Origin: a virus
IMG/VR virus record: IMGVR_UViG_3300029309_000005
Coordinates: 1-64,000 of that record
DNA length: 64,000 nucleotides
Direction: 5' to 3' (one strand)
Positions 57,570 to 64,000 of the stretch are shown piece after piece. Both the position numbers and the translations under genes were made by a program. Below the pieces are notes generated by a model. That model was not told the origin of the DNA and made no database searches. It was given only the letters and a program-made list of their open reading frames with translations. Position 1 is the stretch's first letter. Every line of letters begins with the position of its first letter.

Positions 57570-59153
57570 ATGCCGGAGATATTTAATCCAGGCCACAGGC
57601 CAAACTCACCGTTATTTCCTGATGAGTTAGTCTATTGCTCAGTAGATGATGTTGCTAACTTTTTACAATTACCACTACCCGATCCAGTAGCATTGTCTGG
57701 AAATTCTTCTATTGTCGGTAGTAATTTGAAGTTACCAGTATCTGGTGCTAATTATAGAAGATGGAAAATTGAAACAGATGTGTCAATAACAGTATATGAT
57801 GATGCTGATGCTCTAGGTAAAACCTACACTGTCACTGGTGTCGAAAGCGCAGGTAGTGGTGGCAATGTCAATATAATCGTGACAAAAATAGGTGCTGAAT
57901 CATTTACAACTGCTAATAATGCAAAGATACAAGTCAACAGTGCAATCACAAACAGTAATGAAAGAGGTTTGAAAAAAACACAAGTTGAGGCTTTAATTCG
58001 AGAAAAGCAAGATTATATTGATAGTGTATGTCGTATGTCTTGGCGACCAACTTTAGTGTCAGACGAGTATCAGAACTTTACAACATTCAAGCCTTATCGA
58101 AGGAGATACTATACAGATTATGTTGGTGCTATCTATTTGCGTAATAGGTCAATCCAACGCATTCTAAGATTATCTGTGTGGCAAGGTGATAAATATAGAG
58201 AGTTGGGGTCATCTATCGTAAAACTTACTGTAACTGCAACATCAATTGGTGCGTCTGATAAACTGTTTTTATGTCCAGGTGTGCCGCATGTAGCCACATT
58301 AACTAGAGGCAAAACTTCGACTACATGGGATGGCGATTTTGGCAACAAAACAACCGCACAAAATATTGCTAGTCTAATCAATAAAGATAAAGCAACAAGT
58401 AGAGGCGACATAGCAATAGGAACATTACAAGAAAATGGAAAGCAACTAAATGTTGATAATGAGTTTTTAGCAACTGCAAACAGTGATGAAGGAGATGGAA
58501 TCATTATTATCTCATCAATGCGGTCAACAGAAGAAGGGGAGGATTGCACTATTGCTACTACTAATCCTGATGCCTTTGCATTTTCACTAATGTCAGATCC
58601 TCAGAGTAAAATTACTAATGTTGCTGGTTCAAACTTTACAGTCACTGATGCCAGCACTTTTACCTTGCGTCATGGCTTAGTCTTTTACACGTTAGGGGGC
58701 GTTACCTATGTTGCTAGATGTAGTCGTAATGGAAATACCTTTACTGTTCAAGAGGAATTAGTTGCTGGTTTTACAAGTAATTTGGCACTAGATATTGATA
58801 TAAAGCAGTTGAAATTGAAAACTGATGTTATTGATGAGGCTAGACAAAAGGATTGGTGGTCTATGGAGGATAACGGTGCAATTATGTTTAACAACCAATA
58901 TCCCTTTTATGAAAATCACGCAATCAAAGTATCATATATTTATGGTGAAAGATACTTGGAAAAGGTAATCAAAGAGGCATGTATCAAATTAGTCTGCATG
59001 GATATTTACTTAACCGATGATTATACCGTTCTATTTCCTGAAGGAACATCAAACATTGATTTGAATGCTAAAGTTCAAAAATTAGATGAAGAAGTAAAGA
59101 GAATGTTGATACCGTATCAAGAGACAATAATAGTTGCTGGCATGGGTGGTTGA
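57570..59153 (+). CDS. head-tail adaptor (gp6/gp15-like) with large insertions
   Basis: Start ATG 57570; YCSVDDVANFL...LIREKQDYIDSVC...IKVSYIYG...IKEACIKLV...LIPY. Confidence 0.7.
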   Translation: MPEIFNPGHRPNSPLFPDELVYCSVDDVANFLQLPLPDPVALSGNSSIVGSNLKLPVSGANYRRWKIETDVSITVYDDADALGKTYTVTGVESAGSGGNVNIIVTKIGAESFTTANNAKIQVNSAITNSNERGLKKTQVEALIREKQDYIDSVCRMSWRPTLVSDEYQNFTTFKPYRRRYYTDYVGAIYLRNRSIQRILRLSVWQGDKYRELGSSIVKLTVTATSIGASDKLFLCPGVPHVATLTRGKTSTTWDGDFGNKTTAQNIASLINKDKATSRGDIAIGTLQENGKQLNVDNEFLATANSDEGDGIIIISSMRSTEEGEDCTIATTNPDAFAFSLMSDPQSKITNVAGSNFTVTDASTFTLRHGLVFYTLGGVTYVARCSRNGNTFTVQEELVAGFTSNLALDIDIKQLKLKTDVIDEARQKDWWSMEDNGAIMFNNQYPFYENHAIKVSYIYGERYLEKVIKEACIKLVCMDIYLTDDYTVLFPEGTSNIDLNAKVQKLDEEVKRMLIPYQETIIVAGMGG

Positions 59154-59417
59154 ATGTTGTTTATTTTTATGGAAAGTTATTGTAAAGAGTTAGCAAAGGC
59201 TTACAAGGATATTGCTAAATCAACTAAGGCTGCAATCACTGGTGAACCTAATTATCAAAAAAATCTAAAGAAAAGGGAAAAAGAACTTGCTGAACAGGAT
59301 GAAATAGAAATAACTGATGAGGAATTGGAGTTATACGTCAAAGCACAGCCTAGCCCTTATCGAATGAAAACTGAAGAAAAACTTGGTAAATTGAAAAAGG
59401 TGATGCTTAATGGCTAA
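59154..59417 (+). CDS. hypothetical neck-region protein
   Basis: 87 aa between adaptor and terminator. Confidence 0.5.
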   Translation: MLFIFMESYCKELAKAYKDIAKSTKAAITGEPNYQKNLKKREKELAEQDEIEITDEELELYVKAQPSPYRMKTEEKLGKLKKVMLNG

Positions 59418-59847
59418 AGATGCAATAGTAGCCATCAGAGACTTATTAGATTCCGATTGGAATTTATCTCCTAAACCTTCAATTGAAGATATTACAGTGT
59501 TAGATCGGGGAGAAGGTAAGCGTGGTAGATTACAAGACCATGACATCATCCGTATCTTTGAAACAGCACACAATGAAGCCCAACCTGAATTACTCTTTGA
59601 TTTTGTAAATATAAATGTAAATCTAACAATTGACATTAGAACTGTTAAAGGTAGAGAAAGATTATCTGAACTGCGAGATGAGGTGCGGAGAATCATTCAT
59701 AAACATAGAAAAGGCAATAATAACGACTTTGACAGGGTTATATTCAAGACCAGAACCGATTTGTCTGATCGTAGTAAGAGGTTCTTTAGATACACTATGC
59801 AAGCGGAAGTAGTGACATTTGCTGATGCTTTAGAAACAATTACATGA
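59410..59847 (+). CDS. putative tail terminator/completion protein
   Basis: 145 aa just before tail tube; LTIDIRT...LRDEVRRII. Confidence 0.6.
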   Translation: MAKDAIVAIRDLLDSDWNLSPKPSIEDITVLDRGEGKRGRLQDHDIIRIFETAHNEAQPELLFDFVNINVNLTIDIRTVKGRERLSELRDEVRRIIHKHRKGNNNDFDRVIFKTRTDLSDRSKRFFRYTMQAEVVTFADALETIT

Positions 59848-59857
59848 GGAATGAAAG

Positions 59858-62029
59858 ATGGTTGGAACGATATTCAAGGGTGACGTAGCCGAAGTATCTT
59901 GGGGTAAGGAAACAGGCTTGATGATACAAGGAACAGGTTCAGCGAGTGGTTTTGCTCATACTTCAGTTTCAGGAAATACCAGCCTTATCACTGTTGGAAC
60001 TGCTGCTTATTGGCATACTGGGTCTGGCACTGATGTTGAGATTCCAGACAACGCACTTGTAGGGTGCATTATGAGAATTACAGGCGGTGTTAATTTTACA
60101 GGAGATGATTATACTTCTACTCGAAGGGTGTATTATGTGATTGGAAATGATACATCTAATGGAACTATTACTGTTCAGCCAAAGTTGGTAACAGGCACAG
60201 GAACAAATGCTAGTGCAAGCACTATCCTAACACTAGATTCACTAAGATGTCCTACCTTTGAATCTGCAATGACGGATGCTGCACAACAAGTAAAGACAGA
60301 TCAATTCTTTGGACTTCTTGATAACTTTTCTCTACCTGAGCCAGCAATTGATGTTAGAAGGCAACATATCATAGGAATGGGTCGAGATGTAAATGTTTTA
60401 ACATCTGGAAGGGAGACACTAGCGGGTGGCTCATTTACATTAAATGCCCATAGTTTTAGATGGATGAAATATGTCCTTGGAGGGCATGTAGCAAAGAGTG
60501 ATGGCGAGTTTGTAACCGTAGCAGCAGGGCCAGCACCAACCGATAGTGAATTGCCTTTGAATATCAAAGCGGCTACTGCCACATATCAGATTCAACAATA
60601 TCAAACAGGAGATGCAGATACATTAACCGCAGTTTCAACAAGCGCATTGACTGGACTAAGCAATGTTGCTGTTGGCGATCACGCTTTGTTAGGCGATAAA
60701 GCAGGTGCAGATACAGGAACAGACATCACACTAGCAAATATTAGTTCATCACACGTTGCTACTGATGCAAGCAATGGTGGTATTTTCAAGACATTGCACA
60801 CTACAACTGGTGAAGTATTGTTTGGTTCTTTCACAGGCATTACAACAAATGTATTGAACGGATGTGCAAACATTGATGATTTGGCTGTGGCACAAGCACA
60901 AACCAATGGTGCAACAGTATATCTCCTTGCCCCTCTTGCTGACCCAATCGCTCGCAGAGATGTTAGGGTCGATTTAGGCTCTACTATTGCTGGTAAGTTT
61001 GCTGTTGGAGATTACATTCAAATTATTGACAAAGATACTCATACAATTCCAGGTCAAGATGCAACACTACCCACTGTGTTCAAGAATGAAATTAGAAGGG
61101 TCATTGCGGTGGATGGGGATTATGTCTATATTGAAGAACCGTTCTTTTATTCACATGCAGTAGGCTCTGCTGGTGTTGAAAGATTACAGTATTCTTCTGA
61201 TAACTCAAGAGGTAGTCCTAACATTGATGCTACTACTAAAGAATTACAATTTGGTGTTGAGCATACTTTGTTTGGAGACACTACTTTACCTACATTCATG
61301 ATTGAGCAATCATTCAGAAGGGATAATGCAACGCCAGGTGCAGAACAATTGTTAAGACTTTACAATGGCTGCAAAGTTAATTCCTTGGCATTCAACGCTA
61401 ATACTGAAGGTGAAGTTAAGTTACAAGTGGATTATGAAGGTGGCAGACATTACACTGATACTAACCGTGTATTCACTCCACATCGCATGTTTGAAAATAC
61501 TGCAAATACAGCAGTAAATAGAAAAGCAAGTGGTATTGCGATTAATGGTGAAAAACCGTATTTATTCCAAGATTTATCCTTTGAAGTATTTGGGCGACCC
61601 GTTCTAAGAGCAACCCAAATAGAAGTAGGAATAAGCAATAGCAATCAAGCAAGACACTTCATTAGAGGGTATGAAGGAAATACTGTTGATGGTGATCAAG
61701 TGCAATTAGGCGCAGTTCAAATGCCTCTTGACATTACAGAGGCAAAGCGTGAATACACATTTAGTTTCAGTGCTATGATTGAAGATGATCAACTGTGGAA
61801 CCAAATTAGAACTCGAAAGCATCATCAAAACACAAATGACATCACTCTAACTATGAAAAAGCGTGGTAGTAGCAGCACACGTGAGAGCGCAACTGTAACA
61901 ATTGAAGATTATACTATTGTTAGCGCAGATCATCAAATGCCCGATGATAAAGGTGCAGTTATAGTGCAGGTTGAATTAGCGGTTCGACATCTAAAAGTTA
62001 CAGAAAACTCTCCGTATTTCTTACTTTGA
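59858..62029 (+). CDS. major tail tube protein with inserted domains
   Basis: N-term VSWGKETG; LPTFMIEQ...LYNGCKVNSLAF...ITEAKREYTFSFS; precedes tail chaperones. Confidence 0.7.
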   Translation: MVGTIFKGDVAEVSWGKETGLMIQGTGSASGFAHTSVSGNTSLITVGTAAYWHTGSGTDVEIPDNALVGCIMRITGGVNFTGDDYTSTRRVYYVIGNDTSNGTITVQPKLVTGTGTNASASTILTLDSLRCPTFESAMTDAAQQVKTDQFFGLLDNFSLPEPAIDVRRQHIIGMGRDVNVLTSGRETLAGGSFTLNAHSFRWMKYVLGGHVAKSDGEFVTVAAGPAPTDSELPLNIKAATATYQIQQYQTGDADTLTAVSTSALTGLSNVAVGDHALLGDKAGADTGTDITLANISSSHVATDASNGGIFKTLHTTTGEVLFGSFTGITTNVLNGCANIDDLAVAQAQTNGATVYLLAPLADPIARRDVRVDLGSTIAGKFAVGDYIQIIDKDTHTIPGQDATLPTVFKNEIRRVIAVDGDYVYIEEPFFYSHAVGSAGVERLQYSSDNSRGSPNIDATTKELQFGVEHTLFGDTTLPTFMIEQSFRRDNATPGAEQLLRLYNGCKVNSLAFNANTEGEVKLQVDYEGGRHYTDTNRVFTPHRMFENTANTAVNRKASGIAINGEKPYLFQDLSFEVFGRPVLRATQIEVGISNSNQARHFIRGYEGNTVDGDQVQLGAVQMPLDITEAKREYTFSFSAMIEDDQLWNQIRTRKHHQNTNDITLTMKKRGSSSTRESATVTIEDYTIVSADHQMPDDKGAVIVQVELAVRHLKVTENSPYFLL

Positions 62030-62060
62030 TAATGAGGCTTTAATATAAAAAAAAACATGG

Positions 62061-62429
62061 GTGATAACAATGCGATTAATAGGAACTGTAAATGTTGATG
62101 GTAAAAGAGTGGCTTTAGATTGGAAAGTAAATGGTATATCTGTGCAAGCGGGGCCAGGACTTTCAGCAGATGATGTTAAAGTAATTACTAACTTACCAGC
62201 ATTAGAAGAAGCACCTTTGGGTGGAACTGCACCGATTAAGCCAATTGAAACTAACAGTTGGGATGCCCTAACTGTTACTGAACTTCGTGTTGAATTGACA
62301 AAGCGTGATTTGCCACCTAATGGCAAAAAAGCAGACTTAATTGCACGATTAATCGAAGCAGATTCTGATACAGAAGAAGTTGTTGTAGAAGAAGTAGGAG
62401 AGGATGAGAGTGCCGACTCTGCCGAATAA
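62061..62429 (+). CDS. SAP-domain protein
   Basis: WDALTVTELRVELTKRDLPPNGKKADLIARL. Confidence 0.78.
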   Translation: MITMRLIGTVNVDGKRVALDWKVNGISVQAGPGLSADDVKVITNLPALEEAPLGGTAPIKPIETNSWDALTVTELRVELTKRDLPPNGKKADLIARLIEADSDTEEVVVEEVGEDESADSAE

Positions 62430-62775
62430 TAATCCATTCGTTTTAAGCAATAGCCCAAAAAGACATGAACTAGAAACACCAGTTGGAACGCTGGTTGTTT
62501 ATGTCAAACCGTTGTCATGGGTAGCACAGCAAGAAGCGATGTCACAATTTGTTTCATTCAAGCCGGATTCAAATGGTGAAGTGTCACCAAACATTGATTT
62601 AGGTGGCTATTGGAAATATGTTTTAACTCAGTGTATCACTAAGACTGAACCTGCTATGTCAAAAGATGATTTGCTTAACTTAACTCCAGAAGTCGGTGCT
62701 GTTGTTAGAACAGTATTGCCCGATCTAAATGACATCATCGGACAGTTTGCTGGTGGTGAAAGCCCTTTGGGTTAA
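62404..62775 (+). CDS. tail assembly chaperone (gpG-like)
   Basis: Between tube and TMP; ends in slippery sequence. Confidence 0.7.
   Translation: MRVPTLPNNNPFVLSNSPKRHELETPVGTLVVYVKPLSWVAQQEAMSQFVSFKPDSNGEVSPNIDLGGYWKYVLTQCITKTEPAMSKDDLLNLTPEVGAVVRTVLPDLNDIIGQFAGGESPLG
62763..62772 (+). other. programmed -1 frameshift site CCCTTTGGGT
   Basis: C-CCT-TTG and T-TTG-GGT both fit X-XXY-YYZ. The -1 frame is open into the 62787 ORF. Confidence 0.75.
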
Positions 62776-62786
62776 GTTATGAGGAT

Positions 62787-63140
62787 ATGGTAGCATTCTT
62801 GGATGAAGATTTGCCCGAAGATGAAAAGCCAAAACTGAATCCTCAACAAGCCCTTATTTTATCCTATCAAGCAATGACATTTGGTTTAGGAACGCATTTT
62901 CATTGCCCTCCCCATTTTTGGGATAACATGCCAGCAGATCGGGTTATGTTAGATTATATGATTATGAGAGCCGCAAATGACAAAAAAGCCGAAATGATTG
63001 AGCGTATGAAAAAAGATGCCGAAAGACAAATGAAGAAGGGTCAAGGCAATAAAGGCAGACCTATACGCACAACAAGTGATGGAGAAACACTACATGATTT
63101 TTTTGAACTTCATAATCAAAAATTAATGGGGGATGACTGA
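62787..63140 (+). CDS. tail assembly chaperone C-terminal part (gpT-like)
   Basis: In -1 frame relative to the upstream ORF, directly before TMP. Confidence 0.7.
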   Translation: MVAFLDEDLPEDEKPKLNPQQALILSYQAMTFGLGTHFHCPPHFWDNMPADRVMLDYMIMRAANDKKAEMIERMKKDAERQMKKGQGNKGRPIRTTSDGETLHDFFELHNQKLMGDD

Positions 63141-64000
63141 TGAGTGAACTTGACAAATTCATCGCATCCCAGGCTAAATTAAACACTCTCGCTAAACAGC
63201 AAGGCACAAGCATAAACCTATTGAATCTGAAATATAAGGTTCTCAATAAAACTCTAGGGCCATTTTACAAGTTGTATGTTGATATTCAAAATGCTGTTGA
63301 TACTACGAATGACTTATTTGAGAAATTTACTAAAACTACTGAGGAATTGGGAGAGGTTACTGAAGAAGCACTGACCCCATTTCAGTTATTTCTAAAAACA
63401 TTTAGACAAATCAATACTTTGATGTTTTTTGTGTTAGGTGCTTTTACGTTAATTGGTGCAGCCATTTATTTATTGACTCAACAATTTGGAGGGGGGGAGG
63501 CTGCCGCTTCTACCTTTGGAATGGTAATTGATGCAGGTAAGGCTATTTTAGAGGCTTTTATGGGGGTTGTAAGCGCAATAGGTGAAGCATTAGGCGCAAT
63601 AGATTTTGAGGCTACAACTGGAATATTCATTATAATTTTAGAAACTATATTTGGCTTATTAGGAAATATATTGACAATTTACTTTACACTAATTGCAGCA
63701 ATCTTAAACGGTATTGCTGACATAGTTACTCGAATGAATGAAGAAGGTATGCTTCAAAGAGTAGTTGATGCTTTTGGAGTATTCTTTGGCCTTGTTGGTA
63801 TGGCTTTAGGAATAATCAAAGACGCATTTGATGATGTTGGATTTAACATGGATTCCTTAATATCTGGAATAAATATGGTAGTATCAGGATTTGTTGACTT
63901 CTTATTTAATAGTGGCATTATCGACTTTGCAGTTAAAGTGATTGAATATGTAGCAGTAATTGGTGGAGTTATTGCTGTTTTATTCGCAAGTTTTATCTCA
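63140..64000 (+). CDS. tail tape measure protein, partial
   Basis: Not in track; ATG 63140 (MSELDKFIASQAKLNTLAKQQG...) appears open to window end; amphipathic Ile/Gly/Ala/Phe-rich helices. Confidence 0.75.
   Translation, partial: MSELDKFIASQAKLNTLAKQQGTSINLLNLKYKVLNKTLGPFYKLYVDIQNAVDTTNDLFEKFTKTTEELGEVTEEALTPFQLFLKTFRQINTLMFFVLGAFTLIGAAIYLLTQQFGGGEAAASTFGMVIDAGKAILEAFMGVVSAIGEALGAIDFEATTGIFIIILETIFGLLGNILTIYFTLIAAILNGIADIVTRMNEEGMLQRVVDAFGVFFGLVGMALGIIKDAFDDVGFNMDSLISGINMVVSGFVDFLFNSGIIDFAVKVIEYVAVIGGVIAVLFASFIS

Noticed and set aside
1-64000. Cellular chromosome or integrated provirus
   Set aside because: Thermosome and hmgL are embedded among viral ORFans with coupled overlaps; no integrase, att site or housekeeping operon is seen.

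Overview
The window is a 64-kb piece of a tailed archaeal dsDNA virus (Caudoviricetes, HK97-type head, apparently non-contractile tail). Its gene content fits a Marine Group II/Poseidoniales virus (magrovirus-like): group II chaperonin, TFB-like fragment, archaeal TATA-like promoters close to start codons. The host call is inference. Layout: a minus-strand early arm (1-17.6 kb: ligase-like, TFB-like, PC4-like, thermosome, DenV-like glycosylase, SF1 helicase, many Zn-finger ORFans); a ~0.9-kb repeat-rich divergent non-coding region; then a plus-strand arm with an effector cassette array (18.5-31.5 kb), a small-GTPase/membrane module, terminase, portal, prohead protease, capsid, neck, tail tube, frameshifted tail chaperone and the start of the tape measure gene. 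The main observation is a set of about 15 otherwise unrelated proteins: GNAT, zincin, ParB/Srx, ADP-ribosyltransferase-like, kinase-like, Zn-ribbon and DNA methyltransferase. Each carries the same ~12-aa leader, M-T-A-F-D-T-A-W-x-L-[LMV]-K or a close variant, and several copies are identical at DNA level. The leader also occurs internally in polyprotein-like ORFs, and its end resembles hydrophobic-x-K|[AS] sites in the capsid and protease proteins. I propose it is a capsid-targeting, maturation-cleaved tag that loads a swappable set of effectors into the virion. All protein calls come from motif recognition by eye, not database searches.
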